A stretch of DNA of 64,000 bases from Eledone cirrhosa (Eukaryota). The notes beneath the pieces were generated by a model, which saw nothing but the letters and a program-made list of their open reading frames with translations, was not told where the DNA came from and searched no databases. Shown piece after piece: positions 40,851 to 53,349 of the stretch (its first letter is position 1; each line of letters begins with the position of its first letter). The translations under genes were made by a program, and so were the position numbers. The stretch is from contig OZ024756.1 of the NCBI GenBank assembly GCA_964016885.1, forward strand, positions 9,610,001 through 9,674,000, given 5' to 3'.

Positions 40851-43800
40851 ACTCTCTCTATCTCTCTACTCTCTCTATCTCTCTACTGTCTCTATCTCTC
40901 TACTGTCTCTATCTCTCTACTGTCTCTATCTCTCTACTGTCTCTATCTCTCTACTGTCTCTACCTCTCTACTGTCTCTATCTCTCTACTGTCTCTATCTC
41001 TCTACTGTCTCTATCTCTCTACTGTCTCTATCTCTCTACTGTCTCTACCTCTCTACTGTCCTTATCTCTCTACTGTCTCTATCTCTCTACTGTCTATATC
41101 TCTCTACTGTCTCTATCTCTCTACTGTCTCTATCTCTCCACTGTCTCTACCTCTCTACTGTCCTTATCTCTCTACCGTCTCTATCTCTCTACTGTCTCTA
41201 TCTCTCTATTGTTTCTATCTCTCTACTGTCTCTATCTCTCTACTGTCTCTATCTCTCCACTGTCTCTATCTCTCTGCTGTCTCTACCTCTCTACTGTCTC
41301 TAGCTCTCTACTGTCTCTATCTCTCTACTGTCTCTATCTCTCTACTGTCTACATCTCTCTACTGTCTCTATCTCTCTACTGTCTCTATCTGTCCACTGTC
41401 TCTATCTCTCTACTGTCTCTACCCCTCTACTGTCTCTATCTCTCTACTGTCTCTATCTCTCTACTGTCTCTATCTCTCTACTGTCTCTATCTCTCTACTG
41501 TCTCCATCTCTCTACTGTCTCTATCTCTCTACTGTCTCTACCTCTCTACTGTCTCTATCTCTCTACTGTCTCTATCTCTCTACTGTCTCTATATCTCTGC
41601 TGTCTCTACCTCTCTACTGTCTCTATCTCTCTACTGTCTCTATCTCTCCACTGTCTCTATCTCTCTACTGTCTATATCTCTCTACTGTCTCTATCTCTCT
41701 ACTGTCTCTATCTCTCTACTGTCTCTATCTCTCTACTGTCTACATCTCTCTACTGTCTCTATCTCTCTACTGTCTCTATCTGTCCACTGTCTCTATCTCT
41801 CTACTGTCTCTACCCCTCTACTGTCTCTATTTCTCTACTGTCTATATCTCTTTACTGTCTCTACCTCACTACTGTCTATATCTCTCTACTGTCTCTATCT
41901 CTCTACTGTCTCTATCTCTCTACTGTCTCTATCTCTCTACTGTCTCTATCTCTCTACTGTCTCTATCTCTCTACTGTCTCTACCTCTCTACTGTCCTTAT
42001 CACTCTACTGTCTCTATCTCTCTACTGTCTCTATCTCTCTACTGTCTCTATCTCTCTACTGTCTCTATCTCTCCACTGTCTCTACCTCTCTACTGTCCTT
42101 ATCTCTCTACCGTCTCTATCTCTCTACTCTCTCTATCTCTCTATTGTTTCTATCTCTCTACTGTCTCTATCTCTCTACTGTCTCTATCTCTCTACTGTCT
42201 CTATCTCTCTACTGTCTCTATCTCTCTACTGTCTCTACCCCTCTACTGTCTCTATTTCTCTGCTGTCTCTACCTCTCTACTGTCTCTATCTCTCTACTGT
42301 CTCTATCTCTCCACAGTCTCTATCTCTCTACTGTCTATATCTCTCTACTGTCTCTATCTCTCTACTGTCTCTATTTCTCTGCTGTCTCTACCTCTCTACT
42401 GTCTCTATCTCTCTACTGTCTCTATCTCTCCACAGTCTCTATCTCTCTACTGTCTATATCTCTCTACTGTCTCTATCTCTCTACTGTCTCTATCTCTCTA
42501 CTGTCTCTATCTCTCCACAGTCTCTATCTCTCTACTGTCTATATCTCTCTACTGTCTCTATCTCTCTACTGTCTCTATTTCTCTGCTGTCTCTACCTCTC
42601 TACTGTCTCTATCTCTCTACTGTCTCTATCTCTCCACAGTCTCTATCTCTCTACTGTCTATATCTCTCTACTGTCTCTACCCCTCTACTGTCTCTATTTC
42701 TCTGCTGTCTCTACCTCTCTACTGTCTCTATCTCTCTACTGTCTCTATCTCTCCACAGTCTCTATCTCTCTACTGTCTATATCTCTCTACTGTCTCTATC
42801 TCTCTACTGTCTCTATCTCTCTACTGTCTCTACCTCTCTACTGTCTCTACCTCTCTACTGTCCTTATCTCTCTACTGTCTCTATCTCTCTACTGTCTATA
42901 TCTCTCTACTGTCTCTATCTCTCTACTGTCTCTATCTCTCTACTGTCTCTATCTCTCTACTGTCTTTACCTCTCTACTGTCCTTATCTCTGTACCGTCTC
43001 TATCTCTCTACTGTCTCTATCTCTCAATTGTTTCTATCTCTCTACTGTCTCTATCTCTCTACTGTCTCTATCTCTCTACTGTCTCTATCTCTCTGCTGTC
43101 TCTACCTCTCTACTGTCTCTATCTCTCTACTGTCTCTATCTCTCCACTGTCTCTATCTCTCTACTGTCTCTATCTCCCTACTGTCCCATTCTCTCTACTG
43201 TCTCTCTCTCTCTACTGTCTCTATCTCTCTACTGTCTCTATCTGTCTACTGTCCATATCTCTCTACTGTCTCTACCTCTCTACTGTCCTTATCTCTCTAC
43301 TGTCTCTATCTCTCTACTGTCTATATCTCTCTACTGTCTCTATCTCTCTACTGTCTCTATCTCTCTACTGTCTCTACCTCTCTACTGTCCTTATCTCTCT
43401 ACCGTCTCTATCTCTCTACTGTCTCTATCTCTCTACTGTCTCTATCTCTCTACTGTCTCTCTTTCCCTACTGTCCCATTCTCTCTACTGTCTCTCTCTCT
43501 CTACTGTCTCTATCTCTCTACTGTCTCTATCTCTCTACTGTCTATCTCTCTACTGTCTCTAACTGTCTACTGTCTATATCTCTCTACTGTCTCTATCTCT
43601 CTACTATCTCTATCTCTCTACTGTCTCTATCTCTCTACTGTCTCTACCTCTCTACTGTGTCTATCTCTCTACTGTCTCTATCTCTCTACTGTCTCTATCT
43701 CTCTACTGTCTCTATCTCTCTACTGTCTCTATCTCTCCACTGTCTCTATTTCTCTGCTGTCTCTACCTCTCTACTGTCTCTATCTCTCTACTGTCTCTAT

Positions 43801-45899
43801 CTCTCCACAGTCTCTATCTCTCTACTGTCTATATCTCTCTACTGTCTCTATCTCTCTACTGTCTCTATCTCTCTACTGTCTCTACCTCTCTACTGTCTCT
43901 ACCTCTCTACTGTCCTTATCTCTCTACTGTCTCTATCTCTCTACTGTCTATATCTCTCTACTGTCTCTATCTCTCTACTGTCTCTATCTCTCTACTGTCT
44001 CTATCTCTCTACTGTCTCTACCTCTCTACTGTCCTTATCTCTCTACCGTCTCTATCTCTCTACTGTCTCTATCTCTCAATTGTTTCTATCTCTCTACTGT
44101 CTCTATCTCTCTACTGTCTCTATCTCTCCTCTGTCTCTATCTCTCTGCTGTCTCTACCTCTCTACTGTCTCTATCTCTCTACTGTCTCTATCTCTCCACT
44201 GTCTCTATCTCTCTACTGTCTCTATCTCCCTACTGTCCCATTCTCTCTACTGTCTCTCTCTCTCTACTGTCTCTATCTCTCTACTGTCTCTATCTGTCTA
44301 CTGTCCATATCTCTCTACTGTCTCTACCTCTCTACTGTCCTTATCTCTCTACTGTCTCTATCTCTCTACTGTCTATATCTCTCTACTGTCTCTATCTCTC
44401 TACTGTCTCTATCTCTCTACTGTCTCTACCTCTCTACTGTCCTTATCTCTCTACCGTCTCTATCTCTCTACTGTCTCTATCTCTCTACTGTCTCTATCTC
44501 TCTACTGTCTCTCTTTCCCTACTGTCCCATTCTCTCTACTGTCTCTCTCTCTCTACTGTCTCTATCTCTCTACTGTCTCTATCTGTCTACTGTCCATATC
44601 TCTCTACTGTCTCTACCTCTCTACTGTCCTTATCTCTCTACCGTCTCTATCTCTCTACTGTCTCTATCTCTCTACTGTCTCTATCTCTCTACTGTCTCTA
44701 TCTCTCTACTGTCTCTATCTCTCTACTGTCTCTAACTGTCTACTGTCTATATCTCTCTACTGTCTCTATCTCTCTACTATCTCTATCTCTCTACTGTCTC
44801 TATCTCTCTACTGTCTCTACCTCTCTACTGTGTCTATCTCTCTACTGTCTCTATCTCTCTACTGTCTCTATCTCTCTACTGTCTCTATCTCTCTACTGTC
44901 TCTATCTCCCTACTGTCTATATCTCTCTACTGTCTCTATCTCTCTATCTCTCTACTGTCTATATCTCTCTACTGTCTCTACCCCTCTACTGTCTCTATCT
45001 CTCTACTGTCTCTATCTCTCTACTGTCTCTATCTCTCTACTGTCTCTATCTCTCTACTGTCTATATCTCTCTACTGTCTCTACCCCTCTACTGTCTCTAT
45101 CTCTCTACTGTCTCTATCTCTCTACTGTCTCTATCTCTCTACTGACTCTATCTCTCTACTGTCTCTACCTCTCTACTGTCTCTATCTCTCTACTGTCTCT
45201 ATCTCTCTACCGTCTCTATCTGTCTACTGTCCATATCTCTCTACTGTCTCTACCTCTCTACTGTCCTTATCTCTCTACTGTCTCTATCTCTCTACTGTCT
45301 ATATCTCTCTACTGTCTCTATCTCTCTACTGTCTCTATCTCTCTACTGTCTCTACCTCTCTACTGTCCTTATCTCTCTACCGTCTCTATCTCTCTACTGT
45401 CTCTATCTCTCTACTGTCTCTATCTCTCTACTGTCTCTCTTTCCCTACTGTCCCATTCTCTCTACTGTCTCTCTCTCTCTACTGTCTCTATCTCTCTACT
45501 GTCTCTATCTCTCTACTGTCTCTATCTCTCTACTGTCTCTAACTGTCTACTGTCTATATCTCTCTACTGTCTCTATCTCTCTACTATCTCTATCTCTCTA
45601 CTGTCTCTATCTCTCTACTGTCTCTACCTCTCTACTGTGTCTATCTCTCTACTGTCTCTATCTCTCTACTGTCTCTATCTCTCTACTGTCTCTATCTCTC
45701 TACTGTCTCTATCTCCCTACTGTCTATATCTCTCTACTGTCTCTATCTCTCTATCTCTCTACTGTCTATATCTCTCTACTGTCTCTACCCCTCTACTGTC
45801 TCTATCTCTCTACTGTCTCTATCTCTCTACTGTCTCTATCTCTCTACTGTCTCTATCTCTCTACTGTCTCTATCTCTCTACTGTCTATATCTCTCTACT

Positions 45900-48800
45900 G
45901 TCTCTACCCCTCTACTGTCTCTATCTCTCTACTGTCTCTATCTCTCTACTGTCTCTATCTCTCTACTGACTCTATCTCTCTACTGTCTCTACCTCTCTAC
46001 TGTCTCTATCTCTCTACTGTCTCTATCTCTCTACCGTCTCTATCTCTCTACTGTTTCTATCTCTCTACTGTCTCTACCTCTCTACTGTCTATATCTCTCT
46101 ACTGTCTCTATCTCTCTACTGTCCCTATCTCTCTACTGTCTCTATCTCTCTACTGTCTCTATCTCTCTATTGTTTCTATCTCTCTACTCTCTCTATCTCT
46201 CTACTGTCTATCTCTCTACTGTCTCTATCCCTCTACTGTCTCTACCTGTCTACTATCTCGATCTCTCTACTGTCTCTATCTCTCTACTGTCTCCACCTCT
46301 CTACTTTCTCTATCTCTCTACTGTCTATATCTCTCTACTGTCTCTATCTCTCTACTGTCTCTAGCTCTCTACTGTCTCTATCTCTCTACTGTCTCTATCT
46401 CTCTACTGTTTCTATCTCTCTACTGTCTATATCTCTCTACTGTCTCTACCCCTCTACTGTCTATATCTCTCTACTGTCTCTATCTCTCTACTGTCTCTAG
46501 CTCTCTACTGTCTCTATCTCTCTACTGTCTCTATCTCTCTACTGTTTCTATCTCTCTACTGTCTATATCTCTCTACTGTCTCTACCCCTCTACTGTCTAT
46601 ATCTCTCTACTGTCTCTATCTCTCTACTGTCTCTATCTCTCTACTGTCTGTATCTCTTTACTGTCTATAGCTCTCTACTGTCTCTATGTCTCTACTGTCT
46701 CTATCTCTCTACTGTCTATATCTCTCTACTGTCTCTATCTCTCTATCTCTCTACTGTCTCTATCTCTCTACTGTCTCTATCTCTCTACTGTCTCTATCTC
46801 TCTACTGTCTCTACCTCTCTACTGTCCCTATCTCTCTACTGTCTCTATCTCTTTACTGTCTATATCTCTCTACTGTCTCTATCTCTCTACTGTCTCTATC
46901 TCTCTACTGTCTATATCTCTCTACTGTCTCTATCTCTCTATCTCTCTACTGTCTATATCTCTCTACTGTCTCTACCCCTCTACTGTCTCTATCTCTCTAC
47001 TGTCTCTATCTCTCTACTGTCTCTATCTCTCTACTGTCTCTATCTCTCTACTGTCTCTACCTCTCTACTGTCTATATCTCTCTACTGTCTCTATCTCTCT
47101 ACTGTCTATATCTCTCTACTGTCTCTACCCCTCTACTGTCTCTATCTCTCTACTGTCTCTATCTCCCTACTGTCTCTATCTCTCTACTGTCTCTATCTCT
47201 CTACTGTCTATATCTCTCTACTGTCTCTACCCCTCTACTGTCTATATCTCTCTACTGTCTCTACCCCTCTACTGTCTCTATCTCTCTACTGTCTCTACCT
47301 CTCTACTGTCTCTATCTCTCTACTGTCTCTATCTCTCTACTGTCTATATCTCTCTACTGTCTCTACCCCTCTACTGTCTCTATCTCTCTACTGTCTCTAT
47401 CTCCCTACTGTCTCTATCTCTCTACTGTCTCTATCTCTCTACTGTCTCTACCTCTCTACTGTCTCTATCTCTCTACTGTCTCTATCTCTCTACTGTCTCT
47501 ATCTCTCTACTGTCTCTATTTCTCTACTGTCTCTATCTCTCTACTGTCTCTATCTCTCTACTGTCTCTATCTCTCTTCTGTCTCTATCTCTCTACTGTCT
47601 CTATCTCTCTACTGTCCCTATTTCTCTACTGTCTCTATCTCTCTACTGTCTCTATCTCTCTATCGTTTCTATCTCTCTACTGTCTCTATCTCTCTACTGT
47701 CTATCTCTCTACTGTCTCTATCTCTCTACTGTCTCTACCTCTCTACTATCTCGATCTCTCTACTGTCTCTATCTCTCTACTGTCTCTATCTCTCTTCTGT
47801 CTCTATCTCTCTACTGTCCCTATTTCTCTACTGTCTCTATCTCTCTACTGTCTCTATCTCTCTATCGTTTCTATCTCTCTACTGTCTCTATCTCTCTACT
47901 GTCTATCTCTCTACTGTCTCTATCTCTCAATTGTTTCTATCTCTCTACTGTCTCTATCTCTCTACTGTCTATATCTCTCTACTGTCTCTATCTCTCCGCT
48001 GTCTCTACCTCTCTACTGTCTCTATCTCTCTACTGTCTCTATCTCTCCACTGTCTCTATCTCTCTACTGTCTCTATCTCCCTACTGTCCCATTCTCTCTA
48101 CTGTCTCTCTCTCTCTACTGTCTCTATCTCTCTACTGTCTCTATCTGTCTACTGTCCATATCTCTCTACTGTCTCTACCTCTCTACTGTCCTTATCTCTC
48201 TACTGTCTCTATCTCTCTACTGTCTATATCTCTCTACTGTCTCTATCTCTCTACTGTCTCTATCTCTCTACTGTCTCTACCTCTCTACTGTCCTTATCTC
48301 TCTACCGTCTCTATCTCTCTACTGTCTCTATCTCTCTATTGTTTCTATCTCTCTACTGTCTCTATCTCTCTACTCTCTCTATCTCTCTACTGTCTCTATC
48401 TCTCTACTGTCTATATCTCTCTACTGTCTCTATCTCTCTACTGTCTCTATCTCTCTACTGTCTCTATCTCTCTACTGTCTCTCTTTCCCTACTGTCCCAT
48501 TCTCCTTACTGTCTCTCTCTCTCTACTGTCTCTATCTCTCTACTGTCTCTATCTCTCTACTGTCTCTATCTCTCTACTGTCTCTAACTGTCTACTGTCTA
48601 TATCTCTCTACTGTCTCTATCTCTCTACTATCTCTATCTCTCTACTGTCTCTATCTCTCTACTGTCTCTACCTCTCTACTGTGTCTATCTCTCTACTGTC
48701 TCTATCTCTCTACTGTCTCTATCTCTCTACTGTCTCTATCTCTCTACTGTCTCTATCTCTCTACTGTCTATATCTCTCTACTGTCTCTATCTCTCTATCT

Positions 48801-51800
48801 CTCTACTGTCTATATCTCTCTACTGTCTCTACCCCTCTACTGTCTCTATCTCTCTACTGTCTCTATCTCTCTACTGTCTCTATCTCTCTACTGTCTCTAT
48901 CTCTCTACTGTCTCTATCTCTCTACTGTCTATATCTCTCTACTGTCTCTACCCCTCTACTGTCTCTATCTCTCTACTGTCTCTATCTCTCTACTGTCTCT
49001 ATCTCTCTACTGACTCTATCTCTCTACTGTCTCTACCTCTCTACTGTCTCTATCTCTCTACTGTCTCTATCTCTCTACCGTCTCTATCTCTCTACTGTTT
49101 CTATCTCTCTACTGTCTCTACCTCTCTACTGTCTATATCTCTCTACTGTCTCTATCTCTCTACTGTCCCTATCTCTCTACTGTCTCTATCTCTCTACTGT
49201 CTCTATCTCTCTATTGTTTCTATCTCTCTACTCTCTCTATCTCTCTACTGTCTATCTCTCTACTGTCTCTATCCCTCTACTGTCTCTACCTGTCTACTAT
49301 CTCGATCTCTCTACTGCCTCTATCTCTCTACTTTCTCTACCTCTCTACTTTCTCTATCTCTCTACTGTCTATATCTCTCTACTGTCTCTATCTCTCTACT
49401 GTCTCTAGCTCTCTACTGTCTCTATCTCTCTACTGTCTCTATCTCTCTACTGTTTCTATCTCTCTACTGTCTATATCTCTCTACTGTCTCTACCCCTCTA
49501 CGGTCTATATCTCTCTACTGTCTCTATCTCTCTACTGTCTCTAGCTCTCTACTGTCTCTATCTCTCTACTGTCTCTATCTCTCTACTGTTTCTATCTCTC
49601 TACTGTCTATATCTCTCTACTGTCTCTACCCCTCTACTGTCTATATCTCTCTACTGTCTCTATCTCTCTACTGTCTCTATCTCTCTACTGTCTGTATCTC
49701 TTTACTGTCTATAGCTCTCTACTGTCTCTATGTCTCTACTGTCTCTATCTCTCTACTGTCTATATCTCTCTACTGTCTCTATCTCTCTACCCCTCTACTG
49801 TCTCTATCTCTCTACTGTCTCTATCTCCCTACTGTCTCTATCTCTCTACTGTCTCTATCTCTCTACTGTCTCTACCTCTCTACTGTCTCTATCTCTCTAC
49901 TGTCTCTATCTCTCTACTGTCTCTATCTCTCTACTGTCTCTATCTCTCTACTGTCTCTATTTCTCTACTGTCTCTATCTCTCTACTGTCTCTATCTCTCT
50001 ACTGTCTCTATCTCTCTTCTGTCTCTATCTCTCTACTGTCTCTATCTCTCTACTGTCCCTATTTCTCTACTGTCTCTATCTCTCTACTGTCTCTATCTCT
50101 CTATCGTTTCTATCTCTCTACTGTCTCTATCTCTCTACTGTCTATCTCTCTACTGTCTCTATCTCTCTACTGTCTCTACCTCTCTACTATCTCGATCTCT
50201 CTACTGTCTCTATCTCTCTACTGTCTCTATCTCTCTTCTGTCTCTATCTCTCTACTGTCCCTATTTCTCTACTGTCTCTATCTCTCTACTGTCTCTATCT
50301 CTCTATCGTTTCTATCTCTCTACTGTCTCTATCTCTCTACTGTCTATCTCTCTACTGTCTCTATCTCTCAATTGTTTCTATCTCTCTACTGTCTCTATCT
50401 CTCTACTGTCTCTATCTCTCTACTGTCTCTATCTCTCCGCTGTCTCTACCTCTCTACTGTCTCTATCTCTCTACTGTCTCTATCTCTCCACTGTCTCTAT
50501 CTCTCTACTGTCTCTATCTCCCTACTGTCCCATTCTCTCTACTGTCTCTCTCTCTCTACTGTCTCTATCTCTCTACTGTCTCTATCTGTCTACTGTCCAT
50601 ATCTCTCTACTGTCTCTACCTCTCTACTGTCCTTATCTCTCTACTGTCTCTATCTCTCTACTGTCTATATCTCTCTACTGTCTCTATCTCTCTACTGTCT
50701 CTATCTCTCTACTGTCTCTACCTCTCTACTGTCCTTATCTCTCTACCGTCTCTATCTCTCTACTGTCTCTATCTCTCTATTGTTTCTATCTCTCTACTGT
50801 CTCTATCTCTCTACTCTCTCTATCTCTCTACTGTCTCTATCTCTCTACTGTCTATATCTCTCTACTGTCTCTATCTCTCTACTGTCTCTATCTCTCTACT
50901 GTCTCTATCTCTCTACTGTCTCTCTTTCCCTACTGTCCCATTCTCCTGACTGTCTCTCTCTCTCTACTGTCTCTATCTCTCTACTGTCTCTATCTCTCTA
51001 CTGTCTCTATCTCTCTACTGTCTCTAACTGTCTACTGTCTATATCTCTCTACTGTCTCTATCTCTCTACTATCTCTATCTCTCTACTGTCTCTATCTCTC
51101 TACTGTCTCTACCTCTCTACTGTGTCTATCTCTCTACTGTCTCTATCTCTCTACTGTCTCTATCTCTCTACTGTCTCTATCTCTCTACTGTCTATATCTC
51201 TCTACTGTCTCTATCTCTCTATCTCTCTACTGTCTATATCTCTCTACTGTCTCTACCCCTCTACTGTCTCTATCTCTCTACTGTCTCTATCTCTCTACTG
51301 TCTCTATCTCTCTACTGTCTCTATCTCTCTACTGTCTCTATCTCTCTACTGTCTATATCTCTCTACTGTCTCTACCCCTCTACTGTCTCTATCTCTCTAC
51401 TGTCTCTATCTCTCTACTGTCTCTATCTCTCTACTGACTCTATCTCTCTACTGTCTCTACCTCTCTACTGTCTCTATCTCTCTACTGTCTCTATCTCTCT
51501 ACCGTCTCTATCTCTCTACTGTTTCTATCTCTCTACTGTCTCTACCTCTCTACTGTCTATATCTCTCTACTGTCTCTATCTCTCTACTGTCCCTATCTCT
51601 CTACTGTCTCTATCTCTCTACTGTCTCTATCTCTCTATTGTTTCTATCTCTCTACTCTCTCTATCTCTCTACTGTCTATCTCTCTACTGTCTCTATCCCT
51701 CTACTGTCTCTACCTGTCTACTATCTCGATCTCTCTACTGCCTCTATCTCTCTACTTTCTCTACCTCTCTACTTTCTCTATCTCTCTACTGTCTATATCT

Positions 51801-53300
51801 CTCTACTGTCTCTATCTCTCTACTGTCTCTAGCTCTCTACTGTCTCTATCTCTCTACTGTCTCTATCTCTCTACTGTTTCTATCTCTCTACTGTCTATAT
51901 CTCTCTACTGTCTCTACCCCTCTACTGTCTATATCTCTCTACTGTCTCTATCTCTCTACTGTCTCTAGCTCTCTACTGTCTCTATCTCTCTACTGTCTCT
52001 ATCTCTCTACTGTTTCTATCTCTCTACTGTCTATATCTCTCTACTGTCTCTACCCCTCTACTGTCTATATCTCTCTACTGTCTCTATCTCTCTACTGTCT
52101 CTATCTCTCTACTGTCTGTATCTCTTTACTGTCTATAGCTCTCTACTGTCTCTATGTCTCTACTGTCTCTATCTCTCTACTGTCTATATCTCTCTACTGT
52201 CTCTATCTCTCTATCTCTCTACTGTCTCTATCTCTCTACTGTCTCTATCTCTCTACTGTCTCTATCTCTCTACTGTCTCTACCTCTCTACTGTCTCTATC
52301 TCTCTACTGTCTCTATCTCTTTACTGTCTATATCTCTCTACTGTCTCTATCTCTCTACTGTCTCTATCTCTCTACTGTCTATATCTCTCTACTGTCTCTA
52401 TCTCTCTACTGTCTATATCTCTCTACTGTCTCTACCCCTCTACTGTCTCTATCTCTCTACTGTCTCTATCTCTCTACTGTCTCTATCTCTCTACTGTCTC
52501 TATCTCTCTACTGTCTCTACCTCTCTACTGTCTATATCTCTCTACTGTCTCTATCTCTCTACTGTCTATATCTCTCTACTGTCTCTACCCCTCTACTGTC
52601 TCTATCTCTCTACTGTCTCTATCTCCCTACTGTCTCTATCTCTCTACTGTCTCTATCTCTCTACTGTCTATATCTCTCTACTGTCTCTATCCCTCTACTG
52701 TCTATATCTCTCTACTGTCTCTACCCCTCTACTGTCTCTATCTCTCTACTGTCTCTATCTCTCTACTGTCTCTATCTCTCTACTGTCTCTATCTCTCTAC
52801 TGTCTATATCTCTCTACTGTCTCTACCCCTCTACTGTCTCTATCTCTCTACTGTCTCTATCTCCCTACTGTCTCTATCTCTCTACTGTCTCTATCTCTCT
52901 ACTGTCTCTACCTCTCTACTGTCTCTATCTCTCTACTGTCTCTATCTCTCTACTGTCTCTATCTCTCTACTGTCTCTATCTCTCTACTGTCTCTATTTCT
53001 CTACTGTCTCTATCTCTCTACTGTCTCTATCTCTCTACTGTCTCTATCTCTCTTCTGTCTCTATCTCTCTACTGTCTCTATCTCTCTACTGTCCCTATTT
53101 CTCTACTGTCTCTATCTCTCTACTGTCTCTATCTCTCTATCGTTTCTATCTCTCTACTGTCTCTATCTCTCTACTGTCTATCTCTCTACTGTCTCTATCT
53201 CTCTACTGTCTCTACCTCTCTACTATCTCGATCTCTCTACTGTCTCTATCTCTCTACTGTCTCTATCTCTCTTCTGTCTCTATCTCTCTACTGTCTCTAT
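45900..53300. repeat. Nested 3,044-bp and 2,424-bp duplications
   Basis: Offset 3,044: 46170/49214, 46686/49730, TCGA 46258/49302. Offset 2,424: 49730/52154, 49408/51832, TCGA 49302/51726. Confidence 0.82.
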
Positions 53301-53349
53301 CTCTCTACTGTCTCTATCTCTCTACTGTCTCTATCTCTCTTCTGTCTCT

